From Nannocystales bacterium (GTDB taxonomy: Bacteria > Myxococcota_A > Polyangia > Nannocystales > Nannocystaceae), in contig JBOEGF010000024.1 of the NCBI GenBank assembly GCA_050633305.1, positions 1-64,000 of the forward strand: a stretch of 64,000 bases of DNA. Direction: 5' to 3'. Made by a program: the position numbers and the translations under genes. This document shows positions 1-8,944 of the stretch, one piece after another; positions within the stretch are counted from its first letter, which is position 1; every line of letters starts with the position of its first letter. The notes beneath the pieces were generated by a model. The model saw only the letters and a program-made list of their open reading frames with translations, had not been told where the DNA came from and searched no databases.

Positions 1-2
1 CC

Positions 3-404
3 GCCAGGGCGAGGACTTACCGATTTCCGTGCGGCGCAGCGTTTATAGCCCTGCGCCGCCACAGAGCCGAACGGCTGCAACCATTCCCCGGTCGCCGGGA
101 CTTCCTCCGCGCCCTCGAACACCTCGGCTACGTCCAAGAGTCCGGCTCCTTCGTCGGCTTTGGCCCCAAGGACCCCGAGACGATCAAGCCTGCCGGTGTC
201 CCTTCCATTGCCGAGTGGCTGAAGACGCGGACACACAAAGCCCCCGACGCAATCGCCGATGCTGACCTCGCATGGGCCGACTACGCCCGCTACGTAGCTC
301 CCCGAGTTCCGTCCCGTCGTTTCTATGCCGAACTCGCGGCCCTCGGGTATCCGCGCGCCAGCTCGGAACTCCGAGGGTTCTCCCTCCGCACGGGCCCATG
401 CTGA
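3..404 (+). CDS. 5'-truncated phage-like protein, C-terminus resembling D5/P4 primase-type winged-helix repeats
   Basis: Frame 3 is open from the window edge to TGA 402-404 (not in the ORF track). It contains two similar segments, DFLRALEHLGYVQESGSFVG and RFYAELAALGYPRASSELRG. The stop overlaps the ATG of the next gene. Confidence 0.5.
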   Translation, partial: ARARTYRFPCGAAFIALRRHRAERLQPFPGRRDFLRALEHLGYVQESGSFVGFGPKDPETIKPAGVPSIAEWLKTRTHKAPDAIADADLAWADYARYVAPRVPSRRFYAELAALGYPRASSELRGFSLRTGPC

Positions 405-964
405 CCGATGCCCAGCGCGCCATGGTGCTCAGAGCGATGCCGACCGCGAAGAATGCGGTGCATCGCTGGGGCTACGCGCACGACTACAAGGATGCTCTCC
501 AGATTGCCGCTCTGGGGCTGACGGAGTTGGTCCGGAGGTTCGACCCGGGTAGCGGATGGAAGTGGGAAGTTTGGGCCTACTTCAAGCTCGCAAACTACCT
601 GACGATCAAGCGCAAGAAGGCACGACCTCTGCCCCCAAGGGCAGAACCGCCAGGGGAAGCGCTCGCGATTGTTGAACTCAACCGCTTGATCTCCAACACG
701 CCTCTCACCGCGCAAGACCGTGTGGCGTTACGGACGTTCTTTACCGACGAGCCCATCTACGCCGCGGCGTTCTTCCGGGGAATCTCACCGCAGTCGATGA
801 CCAACCGTCGGCGGCAAGTGACGGACAAACTCCGCCGGGTCGCCGAAGAGGGACCGCCTCGCGGTAGGCCGCGGGGGAAGCGAAAGCCGCTCCGAGCGAC
901 CAGCCCTGAACCTGAGGTCGCGTTCTCTTTCTCGGGCTACCGCTGCCCGAGCTGTTTCCGCTGA
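398..964 (+). CDS. Sigma-70-family-like protein (regions 2 and 4), phage type
   Basis: DALQIAALGLTELVRRFDPGSGWKWEVWAY resembles sigma region 2. LTAQDRVAL...GISPQSMTNRRRQVTDKLR resembles the region 4 HTH. ATG 398 is coupled to the upstream stop. Confidence 0.65.
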   Translation: MLTDAQRAMVLRAMPTAKNAVHRWGYAHDYKDALQIAALGLTELVRRFDPGSGWKWEVWAYFKLANYLTIKRKKARPLPPRAEPPGEALAIVELNRLISNTPLTAQDRVALRTFFTDEPIYAAAFFRGISPQSMTNRRRQVTDKLRRVAEEGPPRGRPRGKRKPLRATSPEPEVAFSFSGYRCPSCFR

Positions 965-1014
965 GACCCGTCGCGGTCTCCCCCCGACGCCGTGCGCTTT
1001 CGAGTTCGCGGCGA

Positions 1015-1596
1015 ATGGGCGGTGTGAAGACATCGATTCGCATCGACATCGAGACCGCCGCCGACGGCCGTCTCCTCCTCGTTGAACACGGGCGCCTGAG
1101 TGAGCGCATCGAACTCGAGTCCTGGCCCGAGGTCAGCATCCAGACCATGCGCGAGGCCAACCGCGCGGGGGCGGCATGGATCATCGCGCGGTGGGTCGAA
1201 GCCGTCGCCCGCAGCGAGTTCGGCCGCTTCGAGGTCGCCGCGGTGAACCGGGATTGGCCCGCGCCGCTGTCCGGCCATATCTCGGTCCTGCTCCGCGGAG
1301 ACGACGGCGCCGAGGTCGAGGTCGGTCCCTTCGACCCCGGAACGCCTTTGGACCGTGAGCACCTCGCCGCCTGTGTGGACGAGGCCCTTGTAGCCGCGGA
1401 ATGGGCGGCGATGGAGGGGACACCTCCGCCGGTGACCGACGACCCAACGCGCGAGCACCGCCCAGAAAGCACGAAAACACTTGCATGTTTTCAAAATGAA
1501 TACATGCTTAGGGGGTGCACGTCATCAGTAAGCCGGCCATTGACGAGGCCGCGCGGAACTTCCCAAACGCCGCCGGCTGGCTCTACGCCTGGCTGA
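1015..1596 (+). CDS. Hypothetical protein (island/prophage)
   Basis: 193-aa ORF with coding-like composition. Its 3' end runs through the higBA promoter and overlaps higB by 82 nt, so the C-terminus may be spurious or the gene disrupted. Confidence 0.5.
   Translation: MGGVKTSIRIDIETAADGRLLLVEHGRLSERIELESWPEVSIQTMREANRAGAAWIIARWVEAVARSEFGRFEVAAVNRDWPAPLSGHISVLLRGDDGAEVEVGPFDPGTPLDREHLAACVDEALVAAEWAAMEGTPPPVTDDPTREHRPESTKTLACFQNEYMLRGCTSSVSRPLTRPRGTSQTPPAGSTPG
1481..1510 (+). promoter_or_regulatory. higBA promoter/operator palindrome
   Basis: AT-rich patch with a TTGCAT -35-like hexamer. Inverted repeat GCATGTTTTCA-AAA-TGAATACATGC (1483-1507, one mismatch) lies just upstream of the higB GTG. 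Confidence 0.65.
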
Positions 1597-1823
1597 AGGT
1601 CGCCAAGAAGGAGCGCTGGGGGTCCCTGCAGGAGGTGCGCAAGACCTACCAATCCACGGATCAATACCGCTGCTGCCTCATCTTCGATGTCCGCGGAAAC
1701 AACTACCGGCTGATCTGCCGCGTCACGTACGCCGACGAACACCAAAACGGAACCCTCTTCATCAAGGGCGTCTTCACCCACGCCGAGTACGACAAAGACA
1801 CCTGGAAAGGAAACTGCGCATGA
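1515..1823 (+). CDS. higB: HigB-family type II toxin (mRNA interferase)
   Basis: MHVIS..., W...A....W.S..E.., IFDVRGNNYRLI and THAEYDK motifs. Toxin precedes antitoxin. Confidence 0.92.
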   Translation: MHVISKPAIDEAARNFPNAAGWLYAWLKVAKKERWGSLQEVRKTYQSTDQYRCCLIFDVRGNNYRLICRVTYADEHQNGTLFIKGVFTHAEYDKDTWKGNCA

Positions 1824-2221
1824 ACGCCTACGCAACCGCCCTGATCGAGTACCAGCCGCGACCCATCGGAAGCGCAGCGCAACACACAGCCGCGCTCAAG
1901 AGCTTCGAGGAACTCCAGGCTGCATATGGGGCGGCTCCGAGCCGTCATCTCGGCGACCTCATGGAGGTCTGCGCCATGCTGATCGAGAGCTACGAGGAGA
2001 CGACGCACCCAGCACCTGACGTGTCTCCCGGGGACCTGATCCGGCACCTCATGGACGAGGCCGGAGTCTCCCAGGCCGACCTCGCTCGGGGGCTAGAGAC
2101 GAGCCCCGGCCAAGTGTCCAACATGCTCAACGGAAAGAGGAACATCTCGACCGAGATGGCCGTCCGTCTTGGCCGCCGGTTCGGTGTCTCCTCGAGCCTC
2201 TTCCTTGAACTCGGAGACTAG
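1820..2221 (+). CDS. higA: HigA-family HTH (XRE) antitoxin
   Basis: ATGA overlap with higB. LIESYEE motif, then PGDLIRHLMDEAGVSQADLARGL...VSNMLNGKRNIS HTH. Confidence 0.9.
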   Translation: MNAYATALIEYQPRPIGSAAQHTAALKSFEELQAAYGAAPSRHLGDLMEVCAMLIESYEETTHPAPDVSPGDLIRHLMDEAGVSQADLARGLETSPGQVSNMLNGKRNISTEMAVRLGRRFGVSSSLFLELGD

Positions 2222-2227
2222 CCAACG

Positions 2228-2268
2228 CCCCGCCCACGCCCCAGCGCGTGCGCGGGGTTTTCTTTTTG
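2228..2268 (+). terminator. Probable intrinsic terminator after higBA
   Basis: GC hairpin CCCCGC...GCGGGG followed by TTTTCTTTTT. Confidence 0.65.
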
Positions 2269-2280
2269 TACCCTCGGGGC

Positions 2281-3135
2281 ATGTGGATTCGGAACGAAGA
2301 GGACCTTCGCGCCCATCTCGATAACCCAGCCAGCCGGGAGGGGCACGCGTTTGAGTACAAGGGGGCGATCGACCGCGACCCAAGCAAGGGACGCGGGGCC
2401 GACTTCGCTAGTTCCGTCGGGTCGCTCGCAAACGCGGACGGTGGCCAGGTCTTGCTCGGGGTCCGAGAGAAGGACGGCGCGCCGGACAAGGTGGTCGGCG
2501 TCGGCAAACTCGAGGCAGTCGGCAAGGACATCGAAGATTCGATCTCGAACTTCCTCGTCGGCATCGAGCCCCGGCCTAGTTGGCAGGCGTTGAAGTACGA
2601 CGCGGACACCACGGTGATCGTGGTCGATGTGCTCCCGAGCGTCCGCCTGGTCGCGTACTGGAACACGGGGGAACGGGAGAAGATCATGTACCCGGTTCGC
2701 ACCGGGGACCGACTCATGTACATGCGGCCCGGGGACGTCGAGGCGCGGGTCCTGGCCTACGGCCCGCGAGCGCAACGGATCGTTCTGGAGCAGCTGCTAC
2801 GAGAGGCGGAGACGGACGAAACCACGGTCTACTCCTCCAACAGGCAATACACACCGCAAGGACCGGGCCGAGTCGTCACGCAGCTCTGGCACCACGGGCC
2901 GGCGAGGATCGAGGAGGTCGCCGCGTTCGGGATTCGACTAGAGGTCACTCACGAGAAGCAGAAGGAGACGACCGAGTTCTGGATCCCGCACGACTGGATC
3001 ACCGCCTTCTTGACCCGCCAGGGTTGGCGGACGCGAGGCACCCTCAGCGAGTACCGTGTCGGACTCGTCCTTCGGGCCACGCTCCTGCCGCCGGGGAACG
3101 GGACGAAGATCCAACTCAGCCCTCCGCCCGGCTGA
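2281..3135 (+). CDS. Schlafen/AlbA_2-domain protein with unknown C-terminal domain
   Basis: EGHAFEYK (E-x4-E-[FY]-K), SLANADGGQVLLGVRE and YPVRTG motifs are typical of AlbA_2. Confidence 0.8.
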   Translation: MWIRNEEDLRAHLDNPASREGHAFEYKGAIDRDPSKGRGADFASSVGSLANADGGQVLLGVREKDGAPDKVVGVGKLEAVGKDIEDSISNFLVGIEPRPSWQALKYDADTTVIVVDVLPSVRLVAYWNTGEREKIMYPVRTGDRLMYMRPGDVEARVLAYGPRAQRIVLEQLLREAETDETTVYSSNRQYTPQGPGRVVTQLWHHGPARIEEVAAFGIRLEVTHEKQKETTEFWIPHDWITAFLTRQGWRTRGTLSEYRVGLVLRATLLPPGNGTKIQLSPPPG

Positions 3136-3256
3136 CCCCACGCGTGCTGCGCATGCCCGCGACTCTCAAGGGCGCTGACCTGGCCAAGACCAGACGGTAG
3201 GGTTGCAAAGCGCCGACCGCCCCCGTCCCGGCCTCTCGCCCCCCGAATGCCCCCTG

Positions 3257-3297
3257 GGAAAAACCGAAGCCCCCGTAGATCGCTCTACGGGGGCTTC
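3257..3297 (-). terminator. Terminator downstream of tRNA-Arg
   Basis: Perfect 14-bp stem GAAGCCCCCGTAGA-TCGC-TCTACGGGGGCTTC (3266-3297) followed by a U-run on the minus strand. Confidence 0.8.
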
Positions 3298-3302
3298 AGA
3301 AG

Positions 3303-3376
3303 TACACACGGCAGGAGTCGAACCTGCGACTTTCGGCTTCGGAAGCCGACGCTCTATCCAGCTGAGCTACGCGTGC
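3303..3376 (-). tRNA. tRNA-Arg (anticodon CCG)
   Basis: Cloverleaf GCACGCG-TA-GCTCAGCTGGATAGAGC-G-TCGGC-TTCCGAA-GCCGA-AAGTC-GCAGG-TTCGACT-CCTGC-CGTGTGT-A. CCA is not encoded. Confidence 0.96.
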
Positions 3377-3444
3377 GCGGGAGCAGAGGTGTAGCGAAGG
3401 CCGGGACCGGGCGCAAGCGCGGACCGAGAATCAGCGCGAATTTC

Positions 3445-4464
3445 TCATTCTGCGGCGGCCGCAGGGGCTGGTGCGCCCGCGGCATCGGCGGGGCACTCTT
3501 CGCCGCCGACGTAGTCGGCATCGCAGGGGTCGGTGATGGCCTGCTGCTCACCGCCGTCGGCGGGGCACTCCTCGCCACCGACATAGTCGGCGTCGCAAGG
3601 GTCGGTCACGGCTTGCACCTCACCTTGAACCTCGACGGCCGTCTTCTCGCCCTTCTCCCAGGTGACCTCGAACTCCAGCCGAATATCGGCCATGTTGGTG
3701 CTGCGGCGGAGTTTGCGGTCAAGCGAAGAGGCGAAGCCTGCGCTGGAGACGAAGCTGATCGTGCTCAGGCCGCTGATGCTGCCTTCGACCATCTTTCCTT
3801 CGACCTCGCGCTTCATCTTGCCGCTGCTCTCGGTGTCCAATGTGGCGACCATGTCCCCGTCGCTGTTGGCGCGGAGTTTCTTCAGCTTGCCGCTCATGGT
3901 GCTGGTCGTGCCGTCCTCGTCCCGTTCGCGAGACCACTCCTCGCCCTCCTTGAGCGGCTCGTCGGGGAGGCGGGTGAATGCCGACTGCAAGCCGCCGGTC
4001 AGCTGACTCATGATCGCGACGATCGCGGGCGGCTGCCCTTCGGGCAGCTCGGGCATGTTCTCGAGCTCACCGCCGTCGGTCATGTTGAAGCGGAGCTCGA
4101 CACCATTGAGGGTGCCCGCGACCTTGGGATCGAAACCGGCAGCGGCCGGGGGGATGCCTCCGGGCATGATGGCGTTGGCCTTGATGTTGTTGAACGTCGC
4201 AGCGAGCAAGGGGCCGTCGGGGGAGGTCGCCCCGGTCACCAGGAGGGCGACGTCGTACTCGAGACGCATCTCGACGTTGCCCATCTGGGTCTCGATGATC
4301 GTCTTCTGATTGATGTGGCCGGCGTACGTCTGACCCGGTGTCAGGTCGTAGCGCATCGTGACGCCTTCGTCCGGGACGACGACTGCCGTATCGGGCTTCT
4401 TGTCGCAGGAGGTTCCGAAACAGCCCACGAGGGCGGCGGCCAGGGCGAGACGACGCAGACGCAT
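3445..4464 (-). CDS. Lipoprotein, DUF6263-like, with duplicated Cys-containing C-terminal motif
   Basis: Signal MRLRRLALAAALVGCFGTSC. LPDEPLKEGEEW motif. TDPCDADYVGGEECPAD occurs twice. The long 767-aa ORF call is overextended upstream. Confidence 0.75.
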   Translation of the reverse strand: MRLRRLALAAALVGCFGTSCDKKPDTAVVVPDEGVTMRYDLTPGQTYAGHINQKTIIETQMGNVEMRLEYDVALLVTGATSPDGPLLAATFNNIKANAIMPGGIPPAAAGFDPKVAGTLNGVELRFNMTDGGELENMPELPEGQPPAIVAIMSQLTGGLQSAFTRLPDEPLKEGEEWSRERDEDGTTSTMSGKLKKLRANSDGDMVATLDTESSGKMKREVEGKMVEGSISGLSTISFVSSAGFASSLDRKLRRSTNMADIRLEFEVTWEKGEKTAVEVQGEVQAVTDPCDADYVGGEECPADGGEQQAITDPCDADYVGGEECPADAAGAPAPAAAAE

Positions 4465-4523
4465 ACGAGGCCTCATACCGAAGCGAGCACCCCGAAGGCA
4501 AGCCTCTCGGGCTCGCTGCCGCG

Positions 4524-5786
4524 TCAGACGCCGTTGGCTCGACAGATTTGGGCAAAGACCTCCGCGCTGGCTCGGGGCGTGCGCTGCCCTGTTTCGAGGT
4601 TCAGGGCGAGAAGGCCGAAGCGAGGCCGCCAGCCTTCGGCCCATTCGAAATTGTCGACCAGAGACCAGTGAAAGTACCCACGAACGTCGAGTCCCTCGCG
4701 GAGGGCATCCCCGATGGCGGCGACGTGACTTCGCAGATAGCGAACACGCCGAGCGTCGTCTTCGGTTTGGATGCCGTTTTCGGTCACCAGCAGTGGAACG
4801 CCGAACGGCGCGAGGCGACGCAGCCCACGAAGCAGGCCTTCGGGGTAGGGCTGGCCCCAGTCGGTGTCGCCCAGGCGGATTGAATCGGGCTGAACGTGGG
4901 CGCCGAACGCTTGCGCGTAGGCCCGGACGGACAGGCGAACGGAGAAGCGCCCGTAGTAGTTCAGACCGAGCCAGTCCGTGCTGCCCACGAGTCCGTCGAC
5001 ACGTTGGCCCAGCCCGACCGGCGGCCACATCCGCCCGCTCTCGAGCGCCCGCAGCACCACGCCACTGACGGCTTGGTCTTGCAGCCAGGCGAGCCCTCGG
5101 TCGGCGAGGCGGGCTCGGGCGGGGTCGAAGACCGGGATGTTGAGCACCAGGCCGACGGGGTCGTTGGGGCGGGCCTCCTTGACGGCCCGGGTCATCGCGA
5201 CGTGGGCCCGCAGCATGTTGGTGAGCGCGGGGCCGAACGCCCGCGGGTCGCGGAGTCCGGGCGGCCAGCGGTACTCCGCGTAGCCCATGAGGGCGACGAG
5301 GCTGGGCTCGTTGAGCGTGGCCCATCGCTCCACCATGCCCCCCAGGCGTGTCGCACATGCTTTCGCGAAGCGTGCGATCGCCGGGACGATGTCGGGGGAG
5401 AGCCACGCGCCGTGGTCCGCGACCCAGCGCGGCAGCGTGAAGTGGTTGAGCGTGACGACGCGTGACAGTCCTCGCGCCCCCGCGTGCTGGAGGATGGCGG
5501 CGTAGCGCTCGAACGCGGCGTCGTCGAATCGGCCGGGGGAGGGCTCGAGTCGGCTCCACTCGAGGCTCATCCGCGTCGCGTTGTGTCCCCAGGAGGCAGC
5601 GGTGTCGAGGTCGCTCTCGGCCGCGCCTGACCACCACCGCGCCGCTTTGCCGCTGCGGGTCCCGTCCGCGATCGCGCCAGGCCGTGTCTCCCACCGCGTC
5701 CAGTCGTTGTCGTTGTCGCCCTCGACCTGGTGGGACGAGGTGGCGCAACCCCAGCAGAAGTCGGGAGGAAAGATGGAGGTACTCAT
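4524..5786 (-). CDS. Glycoside hydrolase family 1 (beta-glucosidase)
   Basis: FPPDFCWGCATSSHQVEG, TLNEP (acid/base), VTENG (nucleophile), WSLVDNFEWAEG. Confidence 0.95.
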   Translation of the reverse strand: MSTSIFPPDFCWGCATSSHQVEGDNDNDWTRWETRPGAIADGTRSGKAARWWSGAAESDLDTAASWGHNATRMSLEWSRLEPSPGRFDDAAFERYAAILQHAGARGLSRVVTLNHFTLPRWVADHGAWLSPDIVPAIARFAKACATRLGGMVERWATLNEPSLVALMGYAEYRWPPGLRDPRAFGPALTNMLRAHVAMTRAVKEARPNDPVGLVLNIPVFDPARARLADRGLAWLQDQAVSGVVLRALESGRMWPPVGLGQRVDGLVGSTDWLGLNYYGRFSVRLSVRAYAQAFGAHVQPDSIRLGDTDWGQPYPEGLLRGLRRLAPFGVPLLVTENGIQTEDDARRVRYLRSHVAAIGDALREGLDVRGYFHWSLVDNFEWAEGWRPRFGLLALNLETGQRTPRASAEVFAQICRANGV

Positions 5787-5974
5787 CGGGGAGTGTTCAT
5801 CGGCGTCCGGCCGCACCGGGCCAGGCGCCCATCGCGGCCGAAGAGAGCGTACACGAGCTACGGATGCCGTGAACGGGCAGGTACGTGCCCTTTGCGCGCG
5901 GTTACGGACGCTTCACGATTATCGAAGCGGGTCCACGCGTCTCAATCAGCGTCCACCAAAGGAGGGCAGCAACA

Positions 5975-6280
5975 ATGAAGATCGATATGGAACAGTTTCT
6001 CGCACTGACGGTGGCTCTTGGATGCGCAGGCGCAGTGACCTTTGCGGTGGTCAGCGACCGCAACGACATGGACGAGGTCATCGCGGGCATCGAGGCGGTC
6101 GAAGAGGCACCCCCGGCTGAGCCCACCGTCGCCGAAGACGTCGCCGCGACCGTGGTCGCACCCGACCCGATGCTCGCCGAGCCCCAGGACCTCGACGCCG
6201 CGGCCGGCATCCCGGCGGTCGTTCCCGACGACGAATCGGGCTACGCGCCGGGTCCCACGACCGAAATGGACCAGTGGTAG
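5975..6280 (+). CDS. Small acidic exported/membrane-anchored hypothetical protein
   Basis: GGAGG RBS, hydrophobic N-terminus, acidic Pro/Ala-rich tail. Confidence 0.65.
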   Translation: MKIDMEQFLALTVALGCAGAVTFAVVSDRNDMDEVIAGIEAVEEAPPAEPTVAEDVAATVVAPDPMLAEPQDLDAAAGIPAVVPDDESGYAPGPTTEMDQW

Positions 6281-6304
6281 TCGCTCTGCGCTCCACCCAT
6301 CCCT

Positions 6305-6340
6305 AAAAAACGACCCGCTGAGGAAATCCTCGGCGGGTCT
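6305..6340. terminator. Intergenic hairpin (possible terminator)
   Basis: GACCCGCTGAGG-AAAT-CCTCGGCGGGTC preceded by an A6 run. Confidence 0.5.
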
Positions 6341-6357
6341 GGTGCGTTCGGGGTTGA

Positions 6358-7113
6358 GTGGACCGCCGAACCGTTCTCGCCGGCCTGGCGACTGGCCTTC
6401 TGACGCCGAGCGCCGCCTTGGCTGCCGATCGCATGCGGCTGAGCATGCTCGTGGCCGAGCTGGCAGCGGTTGCCGACGCGATGGAGGAAGACCCGACCGT
6501 GCAGGCGGACTTCGAGTCGTTCGTACAAGCCCGCGACCTCGTTCCCACCGCGTCGCTACGGCGAGACTTCACCCGGGTGAAGCTGGTGTTCGAGGCGACC
6601 CGTGACGGAGGTTGGTGGCATCTGCGCTGGGACATCACCAATGAGAAGCCGAACTCCGAGAAGATCTGGGCCCAGTGGCGGGCTGAGCCACCTCTGTTCG
6701 ACGCCGCCGGAGACCCTCTGCCCACGGCGACCGCAGAGTGTGACGAACTCTCGGCCCTGTTTGCGTTTCTGGGGCGGAAACTCGGCGTGGACAAGCTGGG
6801 GTTGTTCTGGCCCGAGTGGAACCATGTCGTGGCGGTGTGGAGCGTGACGCAAGAGGGCACGACCCATCGCATCGTCGTCCCGACATCGCAGATCTTCCTG
6901 GATGCCGATGCCAGCCTGGGCACCAAGGGGTTCAACCCTTGGAAGCAGAAGACGATCTACACGTATCGGCGCAAGGACGTGTCGGAGCAGAGCTCGTTGC
7001 CCGAGGCGTTCGCCAGGACGCTGATCGACCAGGCGTGGCTGCACGCGTTCGAGGATCCTGCGACCGCCCAAAAGCGCCGCAACGAACGGTCTCGCGTGTT
7101 GGACGGATCCTGA
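6358..7113 (+). CDS. Tat-exported hypothetical protein, possible transglutaminase-like Cys protease fold
   Basis: MDRRTVL twin-arginine-like signal. AECDELSALF...WNHVVAVW gives Cys/His spacing like transglutaminase-like domains. Confidence 0.65.
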   Translation: MDRRTVLAGLATGLLTPSAALAADRMRLSMLVAELAAVADAMEEDPTVQADFESFVQARDLVPTASLRRDFTRVKLVFEATRDGGWWHLRWDITNEKPNSEKIWAQWRAEPPLFDAAGDPLPTATAECDELSALFAFLGRKLGVDKLGLFWPEWNHVVAVWSVTQEGTTHRIVVPTSQIFLDADASLGTKGFNPWKQKTIYTYRRKDVSEQSSLPEAFARTLIDQAWLHAFEDPATAQKRRNERSRVLDGS

Positions 7114-7116
7114 GCC

Positions 7117-8853
7117 CTACATCGAGATCGAGCCCTTGCGGAACTCGGTCTTTCCGATGTGGGCGTTGATCAGGACGGGATATCCCTGGGCGGCCAAGGC
7201 CTTGGCCTCGGCGATCGTGGACTCGATGTCTGCGGGGTCCTCGAGGAGCAGGCCCTTGGCGCCAAAGCCCTCGGCGACCTTGTGGTAGTCGGTCCGCGCG
7301 AGAACGGTGCCCACGTCGTCCTTGAGGATCTCGACCTGGTCGCGGGCGATTTGGGCCCAGCTGGCGTCGTTGCCCACCACCGCGATCACGGGCAGGCCAT
7401 GGCGCACGAAGCTGTCAAACTCCGGGATCGTGTAGCCGGCCGAACCATCGCCGTACAGCAGCCACACCTCGGCATCGGGGCGGCAGAGCTTCGCGCCCAA
7501 GGCAAACCCGGCACCGACGCCGAGCGTGCCGAAGGGGCCGGGGTCGAGCCAGGACAGCGGGGCCCGCGGCGACATGATGTAGGAGGCCGTCGCGACAAAG
7601 TCACCCCCGTCCGCGACGAGAATACTGTCGTCAGCGAGGTTTTCTTCGAGGGATTGGCAGAGTGCGAGCGGATTGACGAGCTCGGTCTCGAATTCGGATT
7701 GCTCATCGATCTGAGCGTTGCGGTCGCGGTCTCGGGTCCGTAGCCGGTCCAACCACGGACGCAGCGACTCGGTGTCCAGCTTCGCTTCCGCGCTGAGCCG
7801 GCACAGGAAATCGCAGGGGTCGGCGAGGGCTCCGAGCTTGGGCTTGCGGTTCTTCCGTAGGTCGAGGGCGCTGCGGTTGACGGAGATGAGGGTGGCCTTG
7901 CGGGCGATCTGTAGGCCGTAGTTGAGCCGGAAGTCGTTGGGGACCCCGGCGAGGATCACGAGGTCTGCTTCGCCCAAAGCCTTGGTCCGCTTGTGCCGGA
8001 ACCAGGCGTCGTGTTCTCGACCCATCAGTCCGCGGGCCATGCCGGAGAGGTAGACGGGCGCGCCAAGCCGACCCAGCGACTCGGCGAGGCGCTGCGTCTC
8101 GAGTGGGCCGCCCAGCGTGGCCTGGGAGCCCACCACGATCACGGGACGTTTCGCTTTCCCCAACAAGTCCGCCGCACGGGTGACTGCGGCAGGGAACGCC
8201 GTGGGGACCTCCGGCTGGACCTTCGCGCCCACCTTCGCCCGTCGGCTGCCCGCGAAGGTCTTGGCGAGGTAGTAGCGCATGTACAGCTGCAGGGCGACGT
8301 CGGCCGGGCTCTTCACCCCGGAGGCCGACTTCGCGCCGAACATCTCGCGCACGACGGACTCGTCGTAGAGCAGGTCGACTGGACACTCGACGAACACGGG
8401 CCCGGGCACACCCTCTTGGGCGATCTCAAAGGCACGCTCGAGGGTGCGAGGAAGGTCGCGAACGCGGGTGACGGCGGCCGCAAACTTCACGTGCGGGCTG
8501 ATGAGCGCCATCTGGTCGATGTCTTGGAGTGCGCCGCGGCCCTTGAGGATGGTCGCCGTCGCTCCGCCAAGCAGCACGAGCGGCGACTGGGCCATCTGGG
8601 CGTTCTTGATCGCGGTGATGGTGTTGGTGACACCGGGACCGGCCGTGACCGCGGCGACGCCAGGAACGCCCGTCATCCGGGACACGGAGTCGGCGGCGAA
8701 GACTGCGTTCGCCTCGTGGCGAACATCGATGACCTTGATGCCCCGCGCCTTTGCCCCCACGAGGATGGGCGAGATGTGTCCACCGCAGAGCGTGAACAGG
8801 AACTCCACGCCTTGACGCTTCAGGACCTCCGCGACCAGCTCTCCACCGTTCAT
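7117..8853 (-). CDS. TPP-dependent enzyme, acetolactate-synthase-like / ILVBL (2-hydroxyacyl-CoA lyase)-like
   Basis: [44 protein letters not shown] and the GDG...GND TPP motif. Confidence 0.92.
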   Translation of the reverse strand: MNGGELVAEVLKRQGVEFLFTLCGGHISPILVGAKARGIKVIDVRHEANAVFAADSVSRMTGVPGVAAVTAGPGVTNTITAIKNAQMAQSPLVLLGGATATILKGRGALQDIDQMALISPHVKFAAAVTRVRDLPRTLERAFEIAQEGVPGPVFVECPVDLLYDESVVREMFGAKSASGVKSPADVALQLYMRYYLAKTFAGSRRAKVGAKVQPEVPTAFPAAVTRAADLLGKAKRPVIVVGSQATLGGPLETQRLAESLGRLGAPVYLSGMARGLMGREHDAWFRHKRTKALGEADLVILAGVPNDFRLNYGLQIARKATLISVNRSALDLRKNRKPKLGALADPCDFLCRLSAEAKLDTESLRPWLDRLRTRDRDRNAQIDEQSEFETELVNPLALCQSLEENLADDSILVADGGDFVATASYIMSPRAPLSWLDPGPFGTLGVGAGFALGAKLCRPDAEVWLLYGDGSAGYTIPEFDSFVRHGLPVIAVVGNDASWAQIARDQVEILKDDVGTVLARTDYHKVAEGFGAKGLLLEDPADIESTIAEAKALAAQGYPVLINAHIGKTEFRKGSISM

Positions 8854-8944
8854 TCGGCGAGTCTACGTCAACGCGGCACGCCGGGCTCGACGGCGAGATG
8901 CGAAGGTGCGCGCATTCCTGTCGCCGAGCGAAAGGGGGGAGCGA

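Larger units (their letters stand above)
1..3302. mobile_element. Terminal part of a putative prophage/genomic island at the tRNA-Arg 3' end
   Basis: Phage-like genes, a TA pair and AlbA_2 cargo all lie immediately 3' of a tRNA. No integrase or second att site is in the window. Confidence 0.6.

Noticed and set aside
3445..5748. 767-aa ORF on the minus strand
   Set aside because: The upstream part overlaps the GH1 gene in another frame and is Arg/Pro-rich noise. Only 3445-4464 looks like a real lipoprotein.
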